From Thermoproteus tenax Kra 1 (lineage in GTDB: Archaea; Thermoproteota; Thermoprotei; Thermoproteales; Thermoproteaceae): a DNA stretch of 32,000 nucleotides. Every line of letters starts with the position of its first letter. The stretch's first letter is position 1. The notes below the pieces were generated by a model, which saw only the letters and a program-made list of their open reading frames with translations, had not been told where the DNA came from and did not search any database. The stretch covers positions 270,001 through 302,000 of the forward strand of contig NC_016070.1 in assembly GCF_000253055.1 (NCBI RefSeq), written 5' to 3'. The position numbers were made by a program, and so were the translations under genes. Below are positions 9,705-19,748 of this stretch, piece after piece.

Positions 9705-11090
9705 ATGAGGGCCTTCGCCTTAGCTCTCCTCATCCTCGCCGCCGTGCCGGCCCTGGCGTTCTGGTCCGGGCAGATAGCCCAGATTCCCTTCGGCTATCCA
9801 TCTATCTCGACGGCCTCTCTGGGGGGCTCTGCATACGTCTGCTACACTGCGCAGGGCCTAAGCGGAGTCGCGGCGGTCTGCACGGCCCTGAGCGGGCCGT
9901 CGGAGTACGTAGTCCCCGTGCCGCCGGCTGGCAACGCCTCCACGCTCCCCGTCATCTTCACCACCGGGAATGGAACTCTGGCCCTCCTCTGGACAACTCC
10001 GGGCCTCGAGGGGCTGTATCTATCCCTGCTGCCCTCCTCCAAGCCTCTGGAGCTTTTGAGAGGCGCCTACGTGGCCTCATACGTCGGCGCTGGGGACCGC
10101 GTCTACGTCTTGAGGTCGCTGTGTCCCATCTGCCCCCCTACGGAGCTCCTAGTCTTCAACACGACGGGCGCCCTCTTGGACAGAGCGCCGGCCCGCGGCC
10201 TGGCGGCGCTCCTCGCCGTTCAGAGCGGCCTTCTGTTGGGCCGTCTGGCCAACGGCTCCTACGTCTTAATGAATTCGTCGAGCCTCGCTCCGATAGCCGT
10301 CTTCAACTCCTCTTGGGCTGGCCTATCCGGCGGATCTCTCTTCACATTCTCAGAGGGCGTCCTGCGTTGGGGCAACCTCAGCTTTATGCTCCCCTGGGCC
10401 TCTGGGGCAACGCCCGCTGTCGCCGGCAATAAGACCTTTGTAGTCGCCTGGGGCAACGGGAGTCTCTCCGTGTATTTGGCCGAAGGCGGCCGCGTGGAGC
10501 TCAGAAGATATCCGCTCCCCGGCGTTCTATACGCCGAGGCCCTCGGCGCAGGCGACTATTTGTACATAGTTGCAGTCGCGCAGAGCGGCCCCGCCTACTC
10601 CCTATGGGCCTTCGTTGTGCCGGCGACTCCGCCCCGGCCCTCGCTCTCTGTATCTATCGTCAACGCGACGCTGAGGGTCTCGTGGGCGGTCCCCAACCCC
10701 GAGCAGTACAACGTGACCTCGGTGGCCCTCACAGTATATCACAACGGAAGCTTGATCTTTTCATCCCACGCTCTGAGCGGGAACGCGAGCGTGCCCATAA
10801 ATGCGACGGGCTTATACACCGCGCGCCTCTATGTGGCAAGCCCCTTGGGCGACGTCGTTGAGACCGGCGAGGCCTCGTACACGCCGCCTGCCCAGACCAC
10901 AACGACGACTGTGCCTCCTCCGCCCCCGCCTCCGCCGCCGATTACGTCAACGAGCGCACCCTCCAACGCCACTTCGACGCACGCCGTGGAGGCGCAGACG
11001 GGCTCGCCGTGGCTGTACAGAGCGGCGGGCTTTGCCGTCGCCTCGGCCGCCCTCGCTGTGTTGGTCGTCGCTCTGAGGAGGAAGAGGTAG
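9705..11090 (+). CDS. Secreted, membrane-anchored protein with Pro/Thr-rich stalk
   Basis: 461 aa. N-terminal signal peptide (MRAFALALLILAAVPALA), many NxS/T sites, stalk TTTTTVPPPPPPPPPITSTS, and C-terminal TM helix plus RRKR anchor. Confidence 0.8.
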   Translation: MRAFALALLILAAVPALAFWSGQIAQIPFGYPSISTASLGGSAYVCYTAQGLSGVAAVCTALSGPSEYVVPVPPAGNASTLPVIFTTGNGTLALLWTTPGLEGLYLSLLPSSKPLELLRGAYVASYVGAGDRVYVLRSLCPICPPTELLVFNTTGALLDRAPARGLAALLAVQSGLLLGRLANGSYVLMNSSSLAPIAVFNSSWAGLSGGSLFTFSEGVLRWGNLSFMLPWASGATPAVAGNKTFVVAWGNGSLSVYLAEGGRVELRRYPLPGVLYAEALGAGDYLYIVAVAQSGPAYSLWAFVVPATPPRPSLSVSIVNATLRVSWAVPNPEQYNVTSVALTVYHNGSLIFSSHALSGNASVPINATGLYTARLYVASPLGDVVETGEASYTPPAQTTTTTVPPPPPPPPPITSTSAPSNATSTHAVEAQTGSPWLYRAAGFAVASAALAVLVVALRRKR

Positions 11091-11175
11091 TGCGGGGGGT
11101 GGGATTCGAACCCACGCAGGCCTACGCCACAGGGTCTTAAGCCCTGCCCCTTTGACCTGGCTCGGGCACCCCCGC
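11091..11175 (-). tRNA. tRNA-Leu (anticodon TAA), no intron
   Basis: Minus strand GCGGGGG/CCCCCGC acceptor with discriminator A, anticodon arm CAGGG-CTTAAGA-CCCTG, long variable arm, T arm GTGGG-TTCGAAT-CCCAC. Confidence 0.95.
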
Positions 11176-11211
11176 CCAGTGGATATTGAGCAACGGCTTA
11201 AAAGTTTTCCC

Positions 11212-12537
<1,326 letters not shown>

Positions 12538-13824
12538 TCACTTAGTTACGCCTAGGCCGTCCACGATGGCGTAGGGCACTGTGGCCGGCACGCTCATATC
12601 CCACCAGTAGATCTGGCTGGCCCTGCTCGACAGCGCGGCCGTGTTCCTCAACAGAGCCTCCAGCGTGTCGGCTATCCTCATGTGTCTCACAACGGCGACA
12701 GGTTTGCCGTCTCTGACGGCCAATATTACGTCTCTCCCGACTGTGGAGAACTGGCCCGTCTTTATATTCTGGTAGCGAGTGTACCAGTTGTTGTGGACGT
12801 AGTAGCCGCTCTTCAGCTCGGCGATAAGCCCCTCTAGGTCCGAGGGCGCATCCCCCGCCTTAGCTTCTACGTGTCCCGGCGACGTATAGATCCAGCTCCT
12901 CAACGCGTGGCCCGTGGATCTGCCGCCCAGCTTGGCCGCAGTCCTATTGTTCTGGAGGAAGGCCTTGAGCACCCCCCTCTCCAACAGCTGTACTCTCTCC
13001 ACTCTGTTGCCCTCGAAGTCAAACGGCGTATGGCCGTAGGCCCTCTCGTCGGCTGTTGCGTCGGCCACAGAGAGCTCGCTTGATGCGACCGCGGCGCCCA
13101 AGTCTTGAGGAGAGTATCTGGAGGAGCCGGATATTACGGCCGTGCCCGTCATCCATCCTCCGACGGTCTCGCCCAGGAGGTGCCCGAACACAAGGGGCGA
13201 GAGGAGCAGCCTCGCCCTCCCGGGCTGCACGGGCTCCCTCGGGAGCCCGGCCGCTAGGCGCAACAGCAGAGAGTTGGCCTCGCCCACCTCCCTCGGCCTT
13301 AAGTCGGCCAACGAGCGCCCCGCAGTTGCGCTGGTCGCCGCGAGGTCCCCCCTTAGGGACCTTATGGTCAAATACGCCCTATTCAACGAGTACCTCCCCC
13401 TTCTGCCGTAGGTATCCTCGTATTGGAAAGAGACGTAGGTGAGGACGGCCGCCCCCGCGTTCCTCTCGGCGCCCTCGGCCGCTCTGGCGGCCTCGAGAGC
13501 CACATCGGCGAGGGCCTCGAAGTCCTCCTCGCGCTCCTCCCGCGGCGTTGGAAGAGCCTCGCCCTTGAGCGGGACGTACAGCGGGTCCTCAGGCAACGAG
13601 CTCAGCCTCCTTAAGGCGTCCTCCACAGCGCTTATGTCGAGCTCCCCCGTCGAGGAGACTATGGCGTACTTCTTCCCCTTCGCGAGATAGAGGTGGTGCT
13701 CCTCGGTGGCCCAGCTCTTGGAGACAGAGACTTCGTCGTTGGCGAGCCTCACCATGTAGGTCTCGGCCCTTACAACGACGAGGGCGGCCTCGTCGACTTC
13801 CCTCTCCACTATCCTCAAGATCAT
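12538..13824 (-). CDS. TldD/PmbA family protein, probable TldE/PmbA-like partner
   Basis: ATG at 13824 overlaps the upstream tldD-like stop (ATGA). 428 aa. LLSPLVFGHLLGE, TPFDFEGN, VERVQLLERGVLKAFLQN. The ORF track start at 14079 is an artefactual extension. Confidence 0.85.
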   Translation of the reverse strand: MILRIVEREVDEAALVVVRAETYMVRLANDEVSVSKSWATEEHHLYLAKGKKYAIVSSTGELDISAVEDALRRLSSLPEDPLYVPLKGEALPTPREEREEDFEALADVALEAARAAEGAERNAGAAVLTYVSFQYEDTYGRRGRYSLNRAYLTIRSLRGDLAATSATAGRSLADLRPREVGEANSLLLRLAAGLPREPVQPGRARLLLSPLVFGHLLGETVGGWMTGTAVISGSSRYSPQDLGAAVASSELSVADATADERAYGHTPFDFEGNRVERVQLLERGVLKAFLQNNRTAAKLGGRSTGHALRSWIYTSPGHVEAKAGDAPSDLEGLIAELKSGYYVHNNWYTRYQNIKTGQFSTVGRDVILAVRDGKPVAVVRHMRIADTLEALLRNTAALSSRASQIYWWDMSVPATVPYAIVDGLGVTK

Positions 13825-15197
13825 GGCGTCACCAACAGATTCCTGCTTCTGAAGGTGGGCCCTCCCATGGTCACGGGCACACCCTGCATGGGGTTTCCTT
13901 TGCCGCACGTGCCCACGTAGAGCTCGAAGTCTTTGCCCACGGCGTCTACATTGCCCCAGAGCTCCGGAGTGTCCACCTCTAGGAACCCTCTCACTGGCTC
14001 CCCCAGGCGGCCGTTCTCTATCATGTAGGCCTCGAAAAATCCGTATCTGCCGGCGTATCTTATGTCGTCGATGTTCCACTCAGTGTAGGAGACCACGTAT
14101 ATGCCCCTCTTGGTGTCCTCTATGATCTCCTCGGGCCTCCAGTCACCGGGGACCATGTAGGTGTTGCTCATCCGGGGTATAGGCTCTCTGTCGAACGCCG
14201 AAGCTCTAGCTCCGGCGTTGCTGTGGACGCCTATGACTGCGGCGTACTGTCTGTTGTTTATAAACTCGTTCGCCACGCCGCGCTCCACAAGCCTCTTGGG
14301 CCTGGCGACGACCCCCTCCTCGTCCACTAGATAGAACCCGTACGTCTCAGGGAGCGTGGGGTCGTCCACTATGTTCACCAACTCGCTACCTATCCTCACG
14401 CGTAGGTTCTCCGGCCTCACGTAGGACTCGCCGGCCTCAGCGGCCTCCCTCCCGAATATTCGGTCAAGCTCGAGCGGATGGCCCACAGACTCGTGGACGA
14501 AGATCCCGGTCATCTCCGGCGCGAAGACCAGGTCGTATCTTCCGGGCGAGACGGGCTTGGCTCTCTCCAGGAGCTCCGACACCTTCTTGGACTCCCTCTC
14601 CACGCCCTCAGCGAATTTCTTGACGGCGGCCGCCGTAGTCCCGCCGGCGAAGACGTCCCTCTGAAGGCTCCCCTTGGCGGGATCATATTTTATCAAGAGC
14701 GAGAATAGAGATATCCTCGGGATCTTGCTGTAGACGTCGGCGCCGTCGCTCGTGACTATACGCTTCTCTGTGACCGCCAACGCGCCCGACAGTATCCTCA
14801 CTGTGAGGTCTTGCGCCGTCCTGGCATCTGCCTCTTTGAGTATCTCGACTAGGTCGGCCTCCAGAGGAGGCAGCTCGTATTTAACTACGGCGAGCCTCTC
14901 TTGGGAGAGCTCCACCGGCCTCCTCCTGGCCCTCCCGGCGGCTTTGGCCAACTTCACGGCGCGCTCCACTGCTCCGAAGAGGCCCTCGCCTCTATCGCCG
15001 GGCGCCGCCGAGAAGCCCAGCCCTCCCTCGGCCAGGGCTCTGACGCCGAAACCCGAGGATCTGAAGGACCCCGACCCCTCGAAGGACCCGTTCCTGAACC
15101 TAGCCCATCTGCCCTCCGTTCGCTCGTATCTCACTTCAACGTATTTGGCGCCCAGGGAGAGGCCGTACTCTACGGCCTTCCTCAGTAGGTCATCCAT
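13821..15197 (-). CDS. tldD: TldD-like metalloprotease family protein
   Basis: ATG at 15197 (MDDLLRKAVEYGLSLGAKYVEVRYE). ~458 aa with HESVGHPLELD zinc-binding (HExxxH) motif. The track ORF starts too far upstream (15434). Confidence 0.9.
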   Translation of the reverse strand: MDDLLRKAVEYGLSLGAKYVEVRYERTEGRWARFRNGSFEGSGSFRSSGFGVRALAEGGLGFSAAPGDRGEGLFGAVERAVKLAKAAGRARRRPVELSQERLAVVKYELPPLEADLVEILKEADARTAQDLTVRILSGALAVTEKRIVTSDGADVYSKIPRISLFSLLIKYDPAKGSLQRDVFAGGTTAAAVKKFAEGVERESKKVSELLERAKPVSPGRYDLVFAPEMTGIFVHESVGHPLELDRIFGREAAEAGESYVRPENLRVRIGSELVNIVDDPTLPETYGFYLVDEEGVVARPKRLVERGVANEFINNRQYAAVIGVHSNAGARASAFDREPIPRMSNTYMVPGDWRPEEIIEDTKRGIYVVSYTEWNIDDIRYAGRYGFFEAYMIENGRLGEPVRGFLEVDTPELWGNVDAVGKDFELYVGTCGKGNPMQGVPVTMGGPTFRSRNLLVTP

Positions 15198-15217
15198 ATA
15201 GGAAAAGCCGAAGGATA

Positions 15218-15772
15218 TTAATCTACTTGCACCCCGAGGACCTTCTGAAAGAACTCGATGGCCTCCTGTTTTGTGACCAACTGGCCTTTGCCGACCTTGC
15301 TCCTCCTGCGCCTTCTGAGCTGAACCCTCAGGCCCGGCTTGGCCAGCTTCACGCAGACGTCCATCCCCCAGACTCCAACCGCTGGGTCGTATTTGACGCC
15401 GGGGATCAATATGTGCTCCTTTATGCCGAAGCACACGTTCCCCCTTTCGTCGAAGCTCGAAGATTTAACTCTATTTCCCACGGCAGCGAGAGCCTTGGCC
15501 AAGAATTGAACTGCTTTGTCCCTCCTGAGCGTTACAGCTACCGCGATGGGCTCGCCCCTCTTCACGTTCCACTCCTTTATGCTCCTCTTGGCCCTCCTCA
15601 GCGAGGGCGTCTGGCCTGTGAGCTCCTCGAGCAGACCCCTAGCCTTCTCCAACCTCTCGCCCCCTTCGCCGACTCCTATATTGACCACGACTTTCTCTAT
15701 AAAGATCCTCTGCATGGGGTGCTCCCTCTGAAGCACTAGCTCCTTCCAAGTCTTCTGGGCTAAGGCGGACAT
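15218..15772 (-). CDS. rpl5: 50S ribosomal protein L5 (uL5)
   Basis: 184 aa from ATG at 15772. NPM..I.IEKVVVNIGVGEGGERLEKA, LTGQTPSLRRAKRSI, FGIKEHILIPGVKYDP. TATA-like AATTAATAAT lies ~25-30 nt upstream of 15772. Confidence 0.93.
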   Translation of the reverse strand: MSALAQKTWKELVLQREHPMQRIFIEKVVVNIGVGEGGERLEKARGLLEELTGQTPSLRRAKRSIKEWNVKRGEPIAVAVTLRRDKAVQFLAKALAAVGNRVKSSSFDERGNVCFGIKEHILIPGVKYDPAVGVWGMDVCVKLAKPGLRVQLRRRRRSKVGKGQLVTKQEAIEFFQKVLGVQVD

Positions 15773-15842
15773 GCCACCCCCACTGGGCACAGATTATTAA
15801 TTTTTCCTCTCTAAGTTTAAAAGAGGGATCTATCTCCCAAGT

Positions 15843-16454
15843 ATGAGGGCCGCGCTGTTCTCGGGAGGGAAGGACAGCGTCTATGTAGCGCTCCTCGAGT
15901 GGCCGGTGGATATATTCGTAGTCTTCGTATACGAGTTTCCGCGCCCCTCCCCGCACCTTTTGAACTTAAACAAAGTAGTGGAGGTTGCCGGCGCCCTGGG
16001 GGTGCCCGTCGCTATACTGAGGACGCACAAGGGGCGCGAGCTGGAGGAGGAGGCACAGTTTCTGAGGCGGCTGGGCGTCGACGAGATAGTGGCGGGCGAC
16101 CAGGCAGTTGAAGCCCATTTGAAGTATATGGAGAAGCTCGCCGCGGAGGCCGGGGCGAGGCTGAAGGAGCCCATATGGGGCAGAGACCCGGCCGAGGTGC
16201 TTCTTGATGAGGCAAAGCTCATGGACTTCGTCGTAATCGGCTCACAACACGAGGAGCTGTTGTGCGAGAGAGTGGGCGAGGACAACGTCGAGCGCTTCCT
16301 GGAGAAGACGAAGGCGCTGGGGGTGGACCCCATTGGGGAGAGGGGGGAGTACCACACTCTGGCGGTCTCAGTGAGGCGGCTGGGCGCCTCTGTCCCCTGG
16401 AGGTGTAGAGAGGCCAGAGACTACGGAGGATACCACATCGCCTTGGTGGAATGA
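15843..16454 (+). CDS. Diphthine--ammonia ligase-like ATP-pyrophosphatase (Dph6 family)
   Basis: 203 aa. FSGGKDSVYVALLE PP-loop, VDEIVAGDQ, PIWGRDPAEVL, DPIGERGEYHTL (typical family C-terminal motif). Confidence 0.8.
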   Translation: MRAALFSGGKDSVYVALLEWPVDIFVVFVYEFPRPSPHLLNLNKVVEVAGALGVPVAILRTHKGRELEEEAQFLRRLGVDEIVAGDQAVEAHLKYMEKLAAEAGARLKEPIWGRDPAEVLLDEAKLMDFVVIGSQHEELLCERVGEDNVERFLEKTKALGVDPIGERGEYHTLAVSVRRLGASVPWRCREARDYGGYHIALVE

Positions 16455-17338
16455 GTCTGCCCCAGCTCCTGAGGGAGGCCGCAGCGGAGGCGCAGTGCGA
16501 CTCAGTCCTTCTGTCTGGGGGGTTGGACTCGTCCACTGTGGCCTGGGCGCTTAGGGAGGCCGGGCTGAGGCCCGTTGCCTTCAACGCACAGTACGCCCCG
16601 AGGCCCGGGACCGATGTGCCCTATCTACTCGAAGTGGCGAGACAGCTCGGCCTGCGCACGGTCATCGTGTGGGCGAGCGAGGAGGAGGCCGTGAGGGCGG
16701 CGGAGGAGGTGGTGGGGATTCTGAGGGTTTTCAACCCGATGGAGGTGGTCAACTGCGCCGCCGCGTATCTGGCCATGAGGGCCGCGGCCGAGATGGGGGC
16801 GAGGAGGATATGCACGGGGGACGGCGGAGACGAGCTCTTCGCAGGCTACAGCTTCATGCACAAACTGCCTCCGAGGGAGCTCGACGAGTATATAAGGCGG
16901 CTCACCGAGACTTGGTACTTCTGCGCCTTCGACGTGGGCAAGGCGCTTGGGCTTGAGATACAAGCGCCCTATCTCCACCCGAGGGTCGTCGAGTACGCGC
17001 TCTCGGTGCCCGCCGAAGAGAAAGTCAGAGGGGGCTACGGCAAGTACCTGGTCAGACGCCAGTTCGAGGGCTTGTTGCCCAGAGAGGTCGTGTGGCGCCG
17101 TAAGGACCCGCTGGAGGTCGGGAGCGGCTTCGCCGCTTTATACGACGTCTTGGCCAAGAGGGGCGAGGGCTATGAGGCCGACATACCAGTCGCGGGCGCT
17201 GCCAGGTATTTGTACAAGGCCTTTAGAGAGAAGGGGCTGTCCTACGAGAGGGGGACGAGGAGTCCGTGCCCCGTCTGCGGCCATGAAATGAGGGGCGGAT
17301 ACTGCCCTATGTGCGGCCACTACGAGCAGAAAGCCTAG
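16451..17338 (+). CDS. Asparagine-synthetase-like ATP-pyrophosphatase without glutaminase domain, with C-terminal zinc-ribbon-like tail
   Basis: 295 aa. LLSGGLDSSTVAWAL, TGDGGDELFAGY, APYLHPRVVEYAL, GKYLVRR; C-terminus CPVCGHEMRGGYCPMCGHY. Overlaps previous gene by 4 nt. Confidence 0.82.
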   Translation: MSLPQLLREAAAEAQCDSVLLSGGLDSSTVAWALREAGLRPVAFNAQYAPRPGTDVPYLLEVARQLGLRTVIVWASEEEAVRAAEEVVGILRVFNPMEVVNCAAAYLAMRAAAEMGARRICTGDGGDELFAGYSFMHKLPPRELDEYIRRLTETWYFCAFDVGKALGLEIQAPYLHPRVVEYALSVPAEEKVRGGYGKYLVRRQFEGLLPREVVWRRKDPLEVGSGFAALYDVLAKRGEGYEADIPVAGAARYLYKAFREKGLSYERGTRSPCPVCGHEMRGGYCPMCGHYEQKA

Positions 17339-17386
17339 AGTGCGCCAGGTCCTCGAAGTCTATTTTTGGCGCATCTGTGACCTCCT

Positions 17387-17402
17387 CCCCGCTCAGGCGG
17401 GG
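17387..17402 (-). repeat. Hairpin CCCCGC-TCAG-GCGGGG, flanked by GACCTCCT; possible IS200/IS605-type element end
   Basis: GTGACCTCCTCCCCGCTCAGGCGGGGCC; shares GACCTCCTCCCCGC with the copy at 19483-19496. Confidence 0.45.
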
Positions 17403-17578
17403 CCTCCACCGTGGGCCTTGTCGCCCCTCCTCGGGGTTGATGGGCGCGGGGGAGGGGTGCTGCGGCGTCCCCCCGCCTGGGCCGCCTGCCGTTGATCCGC
17501 CGTGTTGAACACACCGCTGTTTAAGCCTTTCTCTGCCCTCTTCACAGCTCTGCCATAGAAGATTATACTCACAGAACC

Positions 17579-17616
<38 letters not shown>

Positions 17617-17692
17617 TAAAACGACGACGGACGTAGGGACAGACGGCGTATGGACAGCCGGGGCGGCTAAATATATACTTCATAACGAAGGT

Positions 17693-18130
17693 ATGGAAAA
17701 AGTCTCCGTGCGTCTGGCGTCTCGCTCCTACGCGGACGCCTCAATGGCGGAAATGTTGATGGCTCTGCCGGGGATCTACAACGTATACGTCGAGGGGGAG
17801 TACCTCACTCTGGAGATCGATGAGGGCGCTATAGCTCCCGCGGAGGCGATCAGGAGGGTCATGGACCTGGGCTACGAGGTCGTCCTGCGACACTACGTAT
17901 ATTCAGTGAGGAGGGGGCGGGCCGACCCCTGGCGTATAAAGGAGCGCCTCGAGGAGGATCCTCCGCCGTTTGTGGTGGCCGCCACATACGACGTAGACGA
18001 GGACTTGCTCTATATAGCGACTGTCCCCGGCGCGAGGCGGAAGGACGTCGAGGCCTTCATTGCCTCGAGGGGCGTGGCGGCATCCTATCTGGACGAATAC
18101 GACAAGCCCATAAGGCTCAGCTTTGGGTAA
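17693..18130 (+). CDS. Hypothetical protein with ferredoxin-like/HMA-like N-terminal fold
   Basis: 145-aa ORF. TATA-like AAATATATAC ~20 nt before ATG. The N-terminus (ADASMAEMLMALPGIYNVYV...AIRRVMDLGYEV) resembles a metal-domain fold but lacks CxxC. Confidence 0.6.
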   Translation: MEKVSVRLASRSYADASMAEMLMALPGIYNVYVEGEYLTLEIDEGAIAPAEAIRRVMDLGYEVVLRHYVYSVRRGRADPWRIKERLEEDPPPFVVAATYDVDEDLLYIATVPGARRKDVEAFIASRGVAASYLDEYDKPIRLSFG

Positions 18131-18168
18131 CGCCCATTGAACTTAATTAAGGTTGCGTTGTTAGATCT

Positions 18169-18579
18169 GTGGACAAGATAAAGTCCGAGATCCTTGCGTT
18201 GTTGCAGAGGGAAGGGCCCCTTCCGGTGTACAGAATAGCGAAGGAGCTCGGCTTGAGCTACGGCGCGGCGCAGTGGCATATTTTCTCGCTGGAGAAACAG
18301 GGCCTGGTGAAGACGTACCGGATGGGGAACAAGAGGTACGCTGCGTTGAACTCGAACGACCTGCTCAGAGTGTACAGAGTTGGGGACGTCTTAAGGGATC
18401 TAGAGCTGATGCTCTTGGCGTATGGGATCAAAGAGGACTTCACAGTGGAGGAGGCGCTGGAAAGACTGCGCTCGAAGAGGATGGCCCATATAGCCCAGAT
18501 AATAGAGGAGATAGCTAGGGAGCGGATAAAGAGGGAGGAGGAGAGGAAGAGAGGCGCGGAGAGCTCCCAGGGGGAATAG
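18169..18579 (+). CDS. Winged helix-turn-helix transcriptional regulator
   Basis: 136 aa from GTG. EILALLQREGPLPVYRIAKELGLSYGAAQWHIFSLEKQGLVKTYRMGNKRYAAL. Confidence 0.8.
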   Translation: MDKIKSEILALLQREGPLPVYRIAKELGLSYGAAQWHIFSLEKQGLVKTYRMGNKRYAALNSNDLLRVYRVGDVLRDLELMLLAYGIKEDFTVEEALERLRSKRMAHIAQIIEEIARERIKREEERKRGAESSQGE

Positions 18580-18607
18580 CTTTTTAACCTGCCTTGGGGG
18601 CTGGCGT

Positions 18608-19345
18608 ATGCGCGTAAGCATTGTAGTGCATCACACCTGCGCCTCTAGTTGGAAGCTGTTCAGAGGGCTCAGAGAGAGGGGGCTCAGAGTCGAGCTAGCG
18701 CCCGCCGAGCTGTCGCACTTGAGAGGCATGGTCTTGGGGATACCGGCCGTCTTTCTGGACGACAGACTAATGCTCTACGACCCTGTGACTGCCGACGACG
18801 TCGAGGCGCTGATAAGGGGGACCGCTGGAGGCGAGCTTTCGGAGCAAGAGGCCATCTCCAACTTCGTCACCGGCGTTATATACAACCAGGCCCTGCTGTC
18901 GCTGGCCGTTCTGCATAAGTCGTTTAAGCCCATTTTGGCCGACCGCGAGCTGGTCGAAGTGCTAACCCGCGCCAGATTCAAGGGCAGGCCCGACGTAGCA
19001 GAGAGGGCGCGCAAGACCCTCCTGGAGCAAGACCGCCGCATCTTCGATGAGAATAGGGAGAGGATGCTCAAGGCCCTTGCGTACGGCCTAGTCCGAGAGC
19101 TCTACTGGCTCGGCCTGCCCTTGGACGACGCCAATGAGCGCCTCGTGTCGGCGTGGCTCTTGGCCAAGGCTACCGTCGGAAGGATAGGGCTCCAGTATCC
19201 GAGGCCCGGCGTGGATCCCGCGGTCTCCACCGCTGTGGTGCAGACGCTTAGAGAGAGGGGGGCCGACTACCTAAAAAGGATAGAGGAGGAGCAGAGGGCC
19301 ATAGCCTCAGACCAAGAGTTCATGGCGCTATTCGCGCCGCGCTAG
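18608..19345 (+). CDS. Hypothetical protein with thioredoxin-like N-terminal region
   Basis: 245 aa. VHHTCASSWKLFRGLRERGLRVEL...GIPAVFLDDRLMLYDPV resembles a thioredoxin/glutaredoxin-like fold. TATA-like sequence CTTTTTAAC upstream. Confidence 0.65.
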   Translation: MRVSIVVHHTCASSWKLFRGLRERGLRVELAPAELSHLRGMVLGIPAVFLDDRLMLYDPVTADDVEALIRGTAGGELSEQEAISNFVTGVIYNQALLSLAVLHKSFKPILADRELVEVLTRARFKGRPDVAERARKTLLEQDRRIFDENRERMLKALAYGLVRELYWLGLPLDDANERLVSAWLLAKATVGRIGLQYPRPGVDPAVSTAVVQTLRERGADYLKRIEEEQRAIASDQEFMALFAPR

Positions 19346-19481
19346 CCGGTCCACCGTCTTATTATGCTCAAGCGGTATCTCGGCGCGACGTGAGGACAGT
19401 CTCCCTCTTCGCGGTCGAGGCGGTACCGTATAGCATAGATGCTGTATTCGCCCAAATTGGACTAGGCAACTTTTACGACTC

Positions 19482-19512
<31 letters not shown>

Positions 19513-19597
19513 GCTGTTCGCCATGTCGCTCTGAGCCCCTCGATCCTTGAAGGCCCTTTCGCCTGTTAAAGTGAATCATAAGTCTAGAGAACCGCAG

Positions 19598-19669
19598 TGC
19601 AGCCGCCGGGATTTGAACCCGGGACCGCCCGGTCTTCAGCCGGGCGCTCTCCCGCTGAGCTACGGCTGC
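19598..19669 (-). tRNA. tRNA-Phe (anticodon GAA), no intron
   Basis: Minus strand GCAGCCG TA GCTC AGCGGGA GAGC G CCCGG CTGAAGA CCGGG CGGTC CCGGG TTCAAAT CCCGG CGGCTGC A; complete cloverleaf. Confidence 0.97.
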
Positions 19670-19748
19670 GTTTTAACTTAACTCGTCAATTTATAAAGAT
19701 AACGCCGGCGAGGCGCGGCCGTTCGACCGCGTAAGGCATATAAACGTT

